DNA of 63,933 nucleotides, filler included, from Lenisia limosa (GCA_001655205.1; 6 parts of 6 records of this genome joined end to end with filler, not necessarily neighbours in it), one strand, 5' to 3'; shown: positions 1 through 12,890, counted from the whole stretch's first letter. The notes: a model not told the origin generated them from the letters alone. Translations and numbers: made by a program.

Positions 1-484
1 AATTTCTGTTGATTATTCGTTACCACACCTCACATGTCTCATGTACATACATAGAATAATCCTAGAATAGAAATAGTCCCTGAAACATTATGTTACAGAT
101 GGATACTGAACAACATCGATAAAACAATAAAAGAGGAATGGGGGAATTCGAGATATCTGAGGCAAATTAATTATTTTACACCATTAAAGTTCATTATACA
201 ACGGATGCATGCAATAAAAGAGTAAACAAAATAGTCCTTCTCATAAAAACAACTATGATTAGGCCAAAAGGTTGTATTGTACAACAATTTCTATTTCAAC
301 AACAAGAAAAAGCAGGTAATGTAAGATGAATACGATGGAACAATAACTAGACATAAAAGGAGCATATTATAATTCCTCAAAGTACAGAAGGGGAGATCGC
401 TATAAAACTGAAAGCTGGACAAAAACAACTTTCCAGTTGTAACAACAAGGTGGCAAAACGGGGAGGTGTATCATCCCTCCCAGC

Positions 485-959
485 TTACGACAATGGAATT
501 TTTTTCTCCACATCTTGCGTTAGACGAGCTGAAGAGGTCAGGAAAAGGGTTCCAATAGCAAAACGAAACAAGATAACGATGCCTAACAAACCTAAACTGT
601 CCTGGATGGTTCTCTTGAGGGTTGCATTCTTCTTAGGGATAGCTTTAACCAGTTTGGTAAAGATTCCTTTGAGTTGGACGGGGAGTTCCAAAGGATCGCC
701 CATTCTCGAAAACTGTGAATGCTACACCTTCTACTTCCAGGTATAGTATATTCACCTCAATATATTCTACACAATGAGCTTTAGTAAATGTGTAAATTTT
801 CATTCTATTTTGTTTTTTTATAGCCGTATAACCACCCCAGTGACCTTTTTCAATTTCATGCCAAAATTGCACAGCAATAACGTAGAAGTACACATCCATC
901 ACATCATCATCATTCCCTGTATTATGAACCGAAGCTAATTCCCTGAAGTTTATTTCCAC
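485..959 (-). CDS. Hypothetical multi-exon protein, divergent from the gene at 998; 3' part probably continues left of 485
   Basis: Exon-like open segments (FSRMGDPLELPVQLKGIFTKLVKAIPKK; ARLTQDVEKKIPLS) bounded by AG/GT on the minus strand; no recognisable domain. Confidence 0.25.
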
Positions 960-997
960 TTTTTTCTTTTGCGCACTACTAAGAAGCTAACACAGGC

Positions 998-3470
998 ATG
1001 GACGACCTTTATGACGACCTGCTGCTTGATGCAGTGCCGCCTGCACCGGTAGCAAGGAAACCTCAGCGAAACAGAGATTCTGCACTTTTCAAAGGCTTTG
1101 CAAGCGACCCCCACCGCCCAGCTTCTCTCCAACATGACCCTTATCGCCATTCGGAGATGTCTTCAATGGACTACCGGCAACGCCGCCCCTCCCCTCCCCA
1201 AGGTTTGCTGATCTTCTTTGATTGTACTGTAGCAATGGATAATTATGTTGGGATTGAGCGCAATTATCCCCTTTGTCATATCTTACAAAAGTGGCTTTCT
1301 TGGCAATCATCCTACCAGAGCACTTGTGACTAACCCTTCTATCTCATACTTTGACCCTCGAATTCTGCTTACTCTTTAGGTGCTCCGTTTTCCTATGACG
1401 ATGATGTATATGTGCCACCGTCGGACGCACCATTGGTCCGCAAAAAAGTGGGGAAGAGGATACAGGGCATTTATGAAACAAAACTATGAGATCTTTGCAA
1501 AACGGAAATATCGATTATGAGGAATTGTTCAGTCACAAAAAACTGGGTCGCAATATTATATGTATCTGTTTTTTAAACCGAAGTTGAACCAACATACAGG
1601 CCTCCCCCCTTTCTTTTTTCCCTGTACTTACCTTCCTAATCCAACATAGATTGAGGATGCCGCACCCCACAAGAAGCAGCCGCTTTCCCATCCTCCTGGT
1701 TTGCAAGTGGAAAGCTCTTGTAGACAGGAGCTGATGTTTTTATGGGGGGGGGGGTACTTGGTTGGGGTAGATTGTGGTTGGAGTGTTCCCCACCCCCTTC
1801 TTATTACATTTCTTCAAATTGAGGGTAATCCATCTTTTGGAGAATGTGGACCGGGGTTTTTTTTTTTGTGCTACACAAAGAGAGACACTCCTAGAAATAA
1901 TATCAATATAATTGTATCTTGGACTTCCATCTCAGTCTCGGTACGTACTCAATAATATCATTTTCTGTGTATTTGGACCCTAAATAAAGCTCAAGTATTT
2001 TCAAATAATTACCTTCTCTTACACTCTAGGCTTTTCACCACCACCCACAAGAGAACGCTCTCCCGTCCTTACCCCCGAACTGAACAAGAATTCCCCACGC
2101 CCCGCTTCCCCTTTCCATGTATGCATCACCTATTATTAATATTGGAGTGATACAGAGGTATTATGGGTATTTGTAATAATGTTGTTTCATTAATTATCTA
2201 CTCTTTCTTCTTTTTACACAAATAAAAGGTTTAAATAACAACGGAACGTTGTACCGATTTATAACTTTGAACTCCTCTTTCTGCCGATTAAAGGGGGATA
2301 TAGTGTAATTTATACCCCCCGTGCCCCGCTTGATTCTTGTTTTGTTTGTTTCATCAACTTCTCTCACGGGTGTCTAAAAAGAGTTTGCTATTCTTGAGTG
2401 ATATATTGGGGTGTTTAGGTCATTTACTGGCTGGCTCGGTCTAGTTTTTGTGTTTTTGTCATCTGTTTTTTGTCTAGTTTTAGTGTTGGCTACTCCTGTT
2501 TGTTATTGCTTGTTGTTTTTGTTTGTTTGGAGTTTCATTATTCGGTTGTGATTACCTTTACGCCAATATTCTTCAAAATTTCCTTAGTTTTACGTTTGGG
2601 TGATCGTTTTACGTTTGGGTGATCGAGCTTGGTTTTTACCATCTGGCTTTTGTCCAGTTTTAGCGTTGGTTGCTCGTGTTTGTTATTGCTTGTTTTTTTG
2701 TTTTTTTGGAGTTTCAGATTATTCAGCTCGTGATTAGTTANNNNNNNNNNNNNNNNNNNNNNNNNNNNNNNNNNNNNNNNNNNNNNNNNNNNNNNNNNNN
2801 NNNNNNNNNNNNNNNNNNNNNNNNNNNNNNNNNNNNNNNNNNNNNNNNNNNNNNNNNNNNNNNNNNNNNNNNNNNNNNNNNNNNNNNNNNNNNNNNNNNN
2901 NNNNNNNNNNNNNNNNNNNNNNNNNNNNNNNNNNNNNNNTTCCTCAAGCTCAACTCGGCAATGATGACGTCACTGGTGTCGCAAATGATCACAGGAATCG
3001 GAATGTCTACAGCTTCAGATGCGGTTTATGGCATGCGTGTCGTGCCTCTTCCCAACGGCGGCGAGAAACTATGCTTCGGAACTGGCATTTCGGGTACGCT
3101 TCTTGGCTTATTGTCGCAATTTTCCTATTCCACTTAAGGAATCCTGAAGTTGGTAAACCGGGCTAGCCCATTTTACATTTGTTATTATTAATATGTTTGT
3201 TTCTATCAGAACAGACCCCAACCAACCCAAGATATTTACTCAGCAGTGTTTCTTTGAATTCTTGTCGCATTGTAGTCGTTCTTAGTGTCTATTTCTGCCA
3301 ACTGTTTTGTTCACCTTTGTTGGGTTGTCTTGGACCTTTTTGTCAACTTTTTTGTTTTTCATAGGTGGTGAGGGGAGGGGGCAACTCTTCATCCGCTTTG
3401 GGAAAGCCTTTTATGGTGCAATTTTGGTATAATCGACGCTCCACTTGCTGCGCTCTTAAAGACTACCAAC
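998..3470 (+). CDS. Pro/Ser-rich N-terminal exons, probably the 5' part of the zinc-finger gene at 3928-7254
   Basis: ATG at 998 (MDDLYDDLLLDAVPP...), further GT-AG-bounded exons near 1380, 1650 and 2030 (GFSPPPTRERSPVLTPE); continuity is interrupted by the N gap at 2740-2939. Confidence 0.4.
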
Positions 3471-3927
3471 GTACACACCTTTGTTATTTAAAATTCTTTC
3501 TGTTCATTTATTTGTGGTGTTGAATTGATTGTTGTTTTGTATGCTGTGGGAAGCGTTATAATATAGTTATCAAGGCGCTTGCGAGGATCTGCTTCCGAAG
3601 AAAGAAACAAAAACCCACTTTGATTTTACCGCTTTCTTAAAACAATTATCAAAAACTCTATTTTCACCTGAGTTCTGTATTCAGTTACACCAAGAGAGCA
3701 GTCATCTCAGTTGGACGATTTTCTGCCATGAAACACTTGCACCAAGATATTATTTGCCAAGTATACGTACAAGTTATCTCTTTAGGAATTGCCTTGTCAT
3801 TCCATATTATACGTACACATTACCTGTAATTGCGAAATACGTGACCATATTTTTGACACTGATAGGCAAGCCCTTCCTACATTACCTGTAATTGCGAAAT
3901 ACGTGACCATATTTTTGACACTGATAG

Positions 3928-6900
3928 GCAAGCCCTTCCTTGATGGTGATTGGTGTTGCCCAGCCTGTGACACCCACATCAACTTTGACAAAGATACTTG
4001 CACTTGTGGCCGCGTGAGACCTCAAGTCGGTACCCCTGCCGGTGATCGCGCCCATCTGTCCTTCTTACCAGCTTCTGGAACCAAGGTTCGCGGGCAGGTC
4101 ATTGCAAATTGCCTTCTTTATTCTCACTCTCCAGGAAGAAGGTGACCACTCCGTCCCTCGTGAAGAATCTGGATCATGGTGGTGCCGCTGCTGCAATCGT
4201 CGCAACTTTGGAAACCGTACTACCTGCTACCATTGTCATGTCTACAAGGCCCCCGGTATTATCCTCAAATATGATTGGGACTGTCCGGCCTGTAATGCGT
4301 CCAACTCCGGAACCTCTCGGTGAGGTCATATGGACACAAGACAACGGGTTGTTTTGTTTTTGGTTGTTGGCTTTATATCAGGGGGGGGGGGGTCTTCCTG
4401 GTGATCTCTTCTCGAGNNNNNNNNNNNNNNNNNNNNNNNNNNNNNNNNNNNNNNNNNNNNNNNNNNNNNNNNNNNNNNNNNNNNNNNNNNNNNNNNNAGT
4501 AGCTTAGTATCACGTTTGTTGTAGTGGGGTAAGATGAATGAACAGAAAGGGGAGGGGATTTGAAGTGGCAACCTGTTCCCTCTTGTTTCATCTTGGTTTT
4601 GGGATTTGTCAATAGTATTGCTTCACTTTCAGTTTTAGGTGATATAGTTTTGCTCTTCCAGTCCTTATTTTTGAGTCTACACAGGAGGATTCCCCTATGT
4701 ATAAATAACCAATTGATGCTGAAGGCAAACTTCATTACCGAAAACCAAGTGAAGCTAAAAATGGACTTAGCAAGTTGTGTAATTCTTGATAACATTTTTA
4801 TCAATGGTAGAGAAATGTATTATCCTTAGCACAGTAACAGGCGGCCTCCACCGCTCATTTTATGTAGCTTCCTTCCCCAGAAAATATACTCTTTATTTAG
4901 GTGTTACATATCTGTGTACTTCATCCCTTTGTTTCCTTCTTTCCTTATTCTATCATTTGTAGTATGCAGTACCCCCTCCCCTTTTTTTTAGGTTGTGTTT
5001 ATTATTTGTATTTGAACAGTTGTTCAGAAGATTTCCACTGGACATGAAACAGATGGAACCAGGAACTTTCATTTATATTTTCATATTGCCTTTCTTTCAA
5101 ATAAGGCTCTGACCTGCATTAGTGCTGATGAATGCGCCAAGTGTGGTGTCAACCCCAAGCTCTACGTAGAAGACCGGAAGCGCCGAGGCCTTCCCATTGA
5201 AGACAGCCGCAAGAAGCAACGTATCACTGACGACTTCGATGAACACGCTATTCCTGTGGGCAAATCCCGTAAGGAGACGCTGAAGGCTCATATGCTTAAG
5301 AGAGAAGCTGAATTGGATGAGAAGAGGAAGGAAGAACTAAGGAAGGAAGAAATTAGAAGGTTTGAAGTGAAAAGAATGGAAGAGAGAGATGCGGAGCTTA
5401 GAGTTGAAGCTGAACGCGAAAAATTGATCAAACAAGACAACATGAGAATCGAAGCGTTGAAGAGAGAGAAGCTAAAGATGGCCATGGAGGCCAAGGTAGC
5501 GGAGAAGGAGAAGGAGTTCGAGCGTCTTAAACAGATGGAAATCAACGCTGCTGAATTGGAGGCCGGAAGAATTGCTGAAGAATTGAAGAGAAGAGAGCTT
5601 GAGAAAAAAGAAATGATAAGAAGAGAAGAAGAGCGACTGGTTGCTGAGAAGAAGAGAAGAGATGAAGAAGCAGCGAAGAGAATTGCTGAAGAAAAGAAGA
5701 TTATGAAGGGTGGCTGGATATCTGGTCCCCAGAGTGGACCAATCAAGTTCAAGATTGGCGAGGCTAAAATGGCCAACCCACCTGGCCTAAATGAGTGGGA
5801 AAAGAACCCCAAAGAGAGTTTCAAGACAGAGAGGAAGAGTCTCAATAAAGCGGATGATAAGAAGGATGACAGAAGAGACGTAAGAAGAGATGATAGACGT
5901 GATGATAGACGTGATGATAGACGTGATGATAGAGACAGACGTGATGATCGAAGGGATGATCGAAGGGAAGATCGAAGGGATGATCGAAGAAGAATTGATG
6001 AGCGAGACAGAAGAAGTGTTGACAAGGATAGGAGTGTTGACAGGGATAGAAGAGATGATAGAAGACGAGTAGATGATCGAAGAAGTGATAGAGATGAAAG
6101 AAGAAGAGATGATAGGAGAAGGGAAGATGATAGGAGACGGGATGAAGAGAAGAGAAGAGAAGAAGAGAAGAAATCAGAGAAGAAGCCTGAAGTGCGACGC
6201 AAAGAGGAGAAGAAGCCCCATAATATCCCCCAGGGTGTTGTGAGGACTGTCAAATGGGATAAGCCTGAGATGCCAGGCAAGATGCCGAACCATCAGTTCG
6301 GTGGCGCCCCTAACATGATGAGCATCCCCCAAAAAATTAACCAGCCTCCTCTTAACCAGCAGCCTCCTATGACCACTTTGCTGGTTGGTGGGGTAGCCAA
6401 GTATTGGATGACGTGGACGCTTCAGCCTGAAACAACCCGTTTAAATAATCATGTTATTTTTCATATTATCACTTATTATTGTGGAGTTTTCTTATCGTTT
6501 GTTGATACTTTTATTTATCTTTTATTGGTTCTCTTCCCACTTCCACTGGGCAACTTGTTTTTGTTATTATTGTTGGTGTTTGTTGGAGTTATTCTCTTCT
6601 ATTTTCTTTGTCACTGACTCTTCAAGATGCAACAAAACAAGATGCTTCAAAAGCAATTAATGAGCCAAATGCCTGGCATGCCCTCTACCAACCCCCAACT
6701 GTTCCAGAACAACATTGCCCCACCTACCTCCAATGCACAATTNNNNNNNNNNNNNNNNNNNNNNNNNNNNNNNNNNNNNNNNNNNNNNNNNNNNNNNNNN
6801 NNNNNNNNNNAACCTCAGCGTTCGCCTTGGTACAGGCAATGCACCCTACGCCAATTGGCCCCGGCCTGAATCCAGCAACCAACTTTTACCAGACCCGGTG

Positions 6901-7254
6901 CAGAGACCACCCATGAACGACCGTAACATGCAACGAAGGGATGTTGGCAGACGGCGGGATGACAGCAGGGATCGCCGTGATGAACCTAGGAGAAACGATA
7001 AAAAAGACGATCGCAACGACAACAGACGCGACAACAAGAAGCCTGCAGTGTTACAGCCCCATCTCTACCCGTATGGTCAGCCAAGCAAGAAGACTGCGGA
7101 ACCCGCCAAGACCCCTGAAAAGAAGAAGAAGAAGGTCGAAGTCAAGAAGAAGGAAGAGGAGAAGCCGAGTACAAACGACGTTGTTTTCAAGCCCCTTGCC
7201 AAGCCTACTTTGCTTAATAAAACCAGAAGAAATGTGGTCTTCGACAAGTCATAA
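3928..7254 (+). CDS. RanBP2-type zinc-finger protein with E/K/R coiled coil and RD/RE dipeptide-rich domain (putative RNA-binding or splicing-associated protein), multi-exon
   Basis: Exons 3928-4085 (DGDWCCPACDTHINFDKDTCTC), 4135-4319 (GSWWCRCCNRRNFGNRTTCYHC; YDWDCPACNASN), 5106-~6371 (ECAKCGV, coiled coil, RRDD repeats), last exon ending at TAA 7252-7254. Confidence 0.7.
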
Positions 7255-7291
7255 GGTTTGCTTCCTTTTTTTTTTTTTTTGATCGTTACCT

Positions 7292-7391
7292 NNNNNNNNN
7301 NNNNNNNNNNNNNNNNNNNNNNNNNNNNNNNNNNNTTAATTAATTAANNNNNNNNNNNNNNNNNNNNNNNNNNNNNNNNNNNNNNNNNNNN
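7292..7391. other. Artificial contig-joining spacer
   Basis: 44 N + TTAATTAATTAA (7336-7347; stops in all six frames) + 44 N. Confidence 0.95.
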
Positions 7392-10300
7392 CCCCCCCCC
7401 CCCCCCCACTTCTGATTTGCTCAGGAAGTTGTGCCTGGATATCGGGGAAGCTGCAGTACATGGCGTATTCTTCTTCGGAGTCGAATAATGAGTCTTCCGT
7501 GTTAGCCTGAGAGGTGAGACTTGCCTTATTTGGAAACTTGGCAGGGAGGGCGGGGTCGACAATTAACGACAATTGCCCCCCTATACCTTCAACCCCCCTA
7601 TACCTTAACCTCCCCGGACGCAACATCAAAGAAAGAGAGCATCTTCTTCTGCTCCACTTCTACGTCTGACTCCTCAAACTAAACGGTGAGGATGGAAGAC
7701 TATTGGAAGGTTGATAGAAGATTGATGGAAGGTTTCAGTATTTTTATAGCCCCAGCCCAAATTCGCATTACTCTAGGGCTTCACTTCGGTTCGAAAAAGA
7801 CGATAGTTTTTCGGGGCTTTATCGAGAAATTTAGTCTTTTTATAAACTGAAGTGAAGCCCTACCTCATTTTCAAGCAGTTATCCCCCCTCCCACCCCTCT
7901 CCTCTAATTATCTAGCATTACTAATACTATCCTATCTAATTATCTAGCATTTCTCCCCAAACCTCTAAAGGATCACTACCCATGGCCTCGGACATGGTGC
8001 GGACAGCCACCTCAATTGCCGCAAAGCCCTTCGTCATTTCCTGCTCGCGGTCTAGGGGAAGGGGGGTAAAACGAAGGAAATTTCGATGAAGAATAATGGC
8101 GTAAAGGGACTAATCAGGAACCGAATAATCTGCTGAGGGGTGGGGGGTAAGTTTGGAAAATTAATGAAACAAAAAAAAGCCCAAATCAACTCTATTGTGG
8201 GGTGGGGAAGTGAAATCGGAAAAGGTATGAAATAAAGCTCAAAATCAACACCGTTGCTGACAAACACACGAGGGTCACGGTGGAGGGTATTGGCTGACAA
8301 GAACAAAACGAGAGTAACATTGAGTCTTTTTGAACCAAAGGTGACAGGCAAGAGACCGCCCACCCTTATCAACTTGGGCCAAGAATCCCTTCGACTGCAG
8401 GTTCTTCCTGTTCTTCCGCACCTTCAAGGTGAGTTATCATAAGTAATCAGAGTAAGTAATCATTGAGAACAACCAGTCATATGTAACCTAAATACAACCA
8501 ATCATAATTAATCATAGAGAGAAACAGCCAATCATGCCCCCCCCCCACTTGGGATCTGAAAGAGGCATGGTATTTCGTCTCAAGTTTCTCCCAGGAGGAT
8601 TTGTAGCTATAGGGTAAGCGTCACTTATCCAAAATTCCTTGTATATAGCCCCAAAAGACCACAGAAATATTGAAAATTGTCGAGAGTTTATCGAGGGTTT
8701 ATCGATTGCGTACCCCACCGCCGCCGCCATATGCTATCACCCCTACATATAATATATATGTAAACTATATTCTATTATTGATATATTATGTACTATATTA
8801 TACTATACTATAATATATATCATATATCATTATATATATAATTACATATAGTATATGTAGCTATATGATGTATCATATATGTGGGTCCTCAAAGCTCCGG
8901 ACATCATTCAAAATCCCCGGACACATCAAAACTCCCGGACAGCTTGAAGTTGACACCTTGTATAGGTCATTGCTAGTGTTTTTTGAAAAAATGCTTCGAC
9001 AGATACATAGAGAAATGGACCTCCTGATGTTCCCTAACTGTTTTTTTTTCAATTTGAGCAAACGTCAAAAATCCGTGAATTTGGTCTCCCGGGGATCCCC
9101 CTTTTGCCTTTTCACAGGATTTTTTTCTGAATCTTACCCCCTTTTAGTGTTAAGAAACAAAAATTTGTACCCCTCGGAGTAATTGGTTCCGGGTTCCCAT
9201 TTGCTTTGGCTATGTAATGGTGAATTTTGAGGGGGAAAATGCAAAAAATAGCACTGTCTACAGGGGTAAACTTTCCCTGATAGTTGCCATTTATTCCTTG
9301 AATGTGGCCTTTTCTTACGGTTTTTGCTTGTTTTTGACCGTTTTTGGACCGTAAATAGAGAGCTTAGGGACTTAATTTGCTTTTGACCCGATAATATGTT
9401 AAATTGGGGTTTCATTATTTGATTAAGATTGAGATTACTTTCAAAAACAGAAGGGAAATAGGGTTTCTGGGTGGTTTATGGTGATTTTGTATGGAAAACT
9501 CAAGCTGTCCGGGAGTTTTGATGTGTCCGGGAATTTTGAATGATGTCCGGAGCTTTGACTATACATATAAGATAAACACCCCCGCCGCCGCCCACGCGTT
9601 GAGGAAGTTGACGATATTGTCCTGTTGGGCTGGGTCCAGGGAGGGAACCACGTCGTATTGCACCCCCTCATGAGTGACCTGGGGGGGGGAGTAAAATTGG
9701 GAAAATTTATGAAACAAAAAAAGCCAAAATCAACTCTGTTAGCTGCACAGTATTAAAGTAATCATAGGATACAATTATACCCCCCTCCCCTTCACGGAGG
9801 AACGCGGGGTAATTATATGTTTATAAGCAACTTTCAACCCCCCTCCCCTTCACGGAGGAACGCGGGGTAATTATATGTTTATAAGCAACTTTCAACNNNN
9901 NNNNNNNNNNNNNNNNNNNNNNNNNNNNNNNNNNNNNNNNNNNNNNNNNNNNNNNNNNNNNNNNNNNNNNNNNNNNNNNNNNNNNNNNNNNNNNNNNNNN
10001 NNNNNNNNNNNNNNNNNNNNNNNNNNNNNNNAACTTAGCTGACATGACAGCACACGATGAATGATAAAAACAAAACAAAGGTCACTGCTTTTTTTTTCTC
10101 CACCCACTCTCCACCCACATGGATGTTGCTTTTCTCCATGTCTCCACCCACTCTCCACCCACATGGATGTTGCTTTTCTCCATGTCAAGTTTGGCAATGT
10201 CTGCAGTGTCTTTGATGAGCATTTTGTCTTCTTTGGCCTGGTGGTCAGATGGGAGGGAGAAGTGATCAACGAAGATACGAGGGTTCATCCCCAGTGTATC

Positions 10301-12790
10301 AGAGTATCATTGAGACTTGTCGGTCAATTATCATACGCGTGCGTGATTATGAGGTATCATATAGAGAAATAATACTTGTATGCTCTATAGTAAGGCTTCA
10401 CTTCGGTTCGAAAAAGACCAGTAAAATATAGTTTTCGAGGATTTATCGAAAAATCCAGCCTTTTTTCGAACCGAAGTGAAGCCCTACCTATTAGATAGGA
10501 GCTGTGGAATTGGGTTATATGACGATGATGGTGGTGGTGGTGGTGATGGCGATGGTGATGGTGATGATTGTGATATTGATGATGATGGTGATGATGATTA
10601 AATACCCAATCCTTTTCACCCCCCTCAAGCCCTGCCTACCCATTCCTTAAACGTTTGCATGAGAAGGGCGGAGTCAGAAATAACTCCTAAATAGTCAGAA
10701 ATATTCTATTATGTCAAAAAAAACTGAGAATATATCGAGAAATTCAGTCTTTTTTTGGGGACCGTAGGGAACCCCTATGTAAGACGCAACTCTACATCGC
10801 TTTGTGTAGGCAAATCCATTGAAAAGAGTCACCCTCCCTCCCCCACCATGAGCAAGAAGAAGACCAATCATCCTTGCAATTGTTCGTCTTCTTGGCAGGG
10901 ATTTTGACTGGTTAGCTTCGGCAACCTTCAGAGTTAGAGAAGTGGGATGGAAGGGGGGGTAAGAAGAGGCACAATATACAATATAATTCTGTAATGAAAA
11001 CCAATGCCAGTGAAGCGTCCCATAGTAATCCCCCTAACTTGCCGGGTGATTGCAGTCACAAAATGTTCGCTAAAGTCAGCATATCTTCTATGTAACTGAC
11101 TGGCAATCTGCAACAGTCAGTCGTTGCTCTCATAAGAAAAAAAACTGTCCGAATAATAGTACTCTTTGAATTCACAATTTTCTGGGACTATATGATGCTA
11201 CGTAGAAATGAACAAATAGATATTTGGCCGAATACTTGAGACGGAGAGTGTACTATATCATATGAAATGATAATACACTCTATTAGATGATTAAAAAGTA
11301 AGTATCTGGACCAAGCTGTCCACACCATCACGCTAATAAAAGACACTGGATTTCTAGTAATATATATTATAATAAAGCAATGAGAAATAAAATAATAAGG
11401 TTGTATCTATAGTATAGTATTAATTCACCCAATCATTTGCTCAGAGATGTAAATAAGAGCAACATTGCATCTGACATTACCTATTCTGACAGCAATAATA
11501 CAAACATTTTTTAAACATAATAAGTAATTACTCATAAATCAATATGACACAATCAACCCTTCTTACATCAATAATATACTGAGGGTCCGTGGACTTTGTC
11601 TTCGCAACCAGTACCGCGATTTCTTCCAGGTATTTACTGCAATTTTAGAGTAGGCAATATCAGTTCACAATTGATCATATAACTAGTGGATAGGTAACAT
11701 ATCATCAGTTGATATGACAACTCTGAAAAATCTCTGAAAAAATCTTCGAAAAAATTTGGGACATAATACGACAAAGTACAAAACTAGTAACTGGTGGATG
11801 AGTATAACACAATAACACTGTAACACAAAACGCTCACGTGAGATTGAGGGTGGTAATGTCCTTAAGAATTTGATTGATGTTTTGATCTGTGACCTACACA
11901 GTGAAAAAGAAAACGGGCAATTTGCTTGTAAATTAGCTCCCCTCTTTCAAATACTGGCTCTACTTATCCCCCCCCCCCACTTTGACTGTGANNNNNNNNN
12001 NNNNNNNNNNNNNNNNNNNNNNNNNNNNNNNNNNNNNNNNNNNNNNNNNNNNNNNNNNNNNNNNNNNNNNNNNNNNNNNNNNNNNNNNNNNNNNNNNNNN
12101 NNNNNNNNNNNNNNNNNNNNNNNNNNNNNNNNNNNNNNNNNNNNNNNNNNNNNNNNCTAAGTTTATAATACACCTTTGTATATCCATACCCCCGCGCACC
12201 TTTTTGGCCTCGGGAGTTGGCCTGTTTTTGTTCACAATAGTGTGGTTCAGAAGACGTTGTTTGGCTAGTTCTGGGAGGGTAGGGGTCAGGGGAATAGTTC
12301 TGGGAGGGTAGGGGTCAGGGGAATGGGTGCTAGGATATGAAAACAGATAAAAAAACTAATATGAAGCTTGTACAAAAACTAATATGAAGCTTGTACAAAA
12401 ACTAATATGAAGCTTGTACAAAAACTAATATGAAGCTTGCACAAAAACAAATATAAAGCAAATACTAATATAAAGCTTGCACAAAAACAAATATAAAGCA
12501 AATACTAATATAAAGCTTGCACAAAAAATGTAAATGAAAGGGGGGTTTATAAGAGGCTACTGAAAAGGGTATTAGAGCTTCACCCTGGGTTTCAACACCG
12601 AATTCTCGATTAATTCTCGATAAATATCGATAAATCCTCAATAAATTCTCGATAAATACCGATATTTTCCATGTCTTTTGAACCGAAACTGAAGCTCTAA
12701 AGGGCATATCCCGTGCCGACTTTCAGACTTCTCGAGAAGGGCTACAGACTCCTTCAAGCCTGGTCCAGATGAGGCGGCGGGGGGCGGCTC
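7392..12790 (-). CDS. UPF2: Divergent UPF2-like nonsense-mediated-decay factor, N-terminal MIF4G-1 region, partial at both ends
   Basis: Spliced peptides follow the UPF2 MIF4G-1 order: NKNRPTPEAKKVRG; TDQNINQILKDITTLNL; SKYLEEIAVLVAKTKSTD; IASQLHRRYADFSEHF; RRRTIARMIGLLL; LDPAQQDNIVNFLNA; RKNRKNLQSKGFL; LFDSEEEYAMYCSFPDIQAQLP. These resemble the UPF2 motifs NLSKYIAE, HQRYADF, HSKGEL and FYENLIDLK. Confidence 0.7.
7776..7860. mobile_element. Short TA-flanked hairpin MITE (family A), intronic
   Basis: TA|GGGCTTCACTTCGGTTCGAAAAAGAC...GTCTTTTTATAAACTGAAGTGAAGCCC|TA. Confidence 0.75.
8052..8200 (-). repeat. Intron 3'-end repeat (modules B+A) ending at the acceptor AG
   Basis: Minus-strand text GTTGATTTGGGCTTTTTTTTGTTTCAT...TTATTCGGTTCCTGATTAGTCCCTTTACGCCATTATTCTTCATCGAAATTTCCTTCGTTTTACCCCCCTTCCCCTAG; related copies at 2538, 13371, 30237, 31205. 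Confidence 0.75.
8889..9558. mobile_element. Non-autonomous DNA transposon (MITE) with ~60-bp terminal inverted repeats, Tc1/mariner(pogo)-like end
   Basis: Arms 8889-8947 and 9500-9558 are near-perfect inverted copies, each with three CCGGACA motifs; right end reads TATAGTCAAAGCTCC on the minus strand; no coding content; lies in a UPF2 intron. Confidence 0.7.
10393..10484. mobile_element. Short TA-flanked hairpin MITE (family A), intronic
   Basis: TA|AGGCTTCACTTCGGTTCGAAAAAG...CTTTTTTCGAACCGAAGTGAAGCCC|TA. Confidence 0.75.
10521..10598. repeat. GAT/GGT trinucleotide low-complexity tract
   Basis: gatgatgatggtggtggtggtggtgatggcgatggtgatggtgatgattgtgat..., inside a UPF2 intron. Confidence 0.8.
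12351..12527. repeat. Tandem minisatellite: four 23-bp units then two 40-bp derived units
   Basis: AAAAACTAATATGAAGCTTG(T/C)AC x4 followed by AAAAACAAATATAAAGCAAATACTAATATAAAGCTTGCAC x2. Confidence 0.85.
12572..12700. mobile_element. Variant of hairpin MITE family A
   Basis: TTAGAGCTTCA...TGAAGCTCTAA termini with internal TCGATAAA repeats like the other copies. Confidence 0.65.
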
Positions 12791-12890
12791 NNNNNNNNNN
12801 NNNNNNNNNNNNNNNNNNNNNNNNNNNNNNNNNNTTAATTAATTAANNNNNNNNNNNNNNNNNNNNNNNNNNNNNNNNNNNNNNNNNNNN
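12791..12890. other. Artificial contig-joining spacer
   Basis: 44 N + TTAATTAATTAA (12835-12846) + 44 N. Confidence 0.95.

Noticed and set aside
5288-6280. 330-aa Ser/Leu-rich minus-strand ORF
   Set aside because: Antisense shadow of the purine-rich RD/RE exon.
7776-7860. GGTTCGA in the hairpin MITE as a tRNA or Pol III B box
   Set aside because: No cloverleaf or A box; the motif is part of the terminal inverted repeat.
9777-9896. Exact ~59-bp tandem duplication (similar cases at 2438-2739, 3822-3939, 10097-10186, 12269-12324)
   Set aside because: Most abut or lie near N gaps and are near-identical, which is typical of gap-edge assembly artefacts; read support would be needed.
12351-12527. 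Repeat array as a CRISPR
   Set aside because: Units are directly adjacent with no unique spacers, no cas genes are present, and it lies in a eukaryotic intron.
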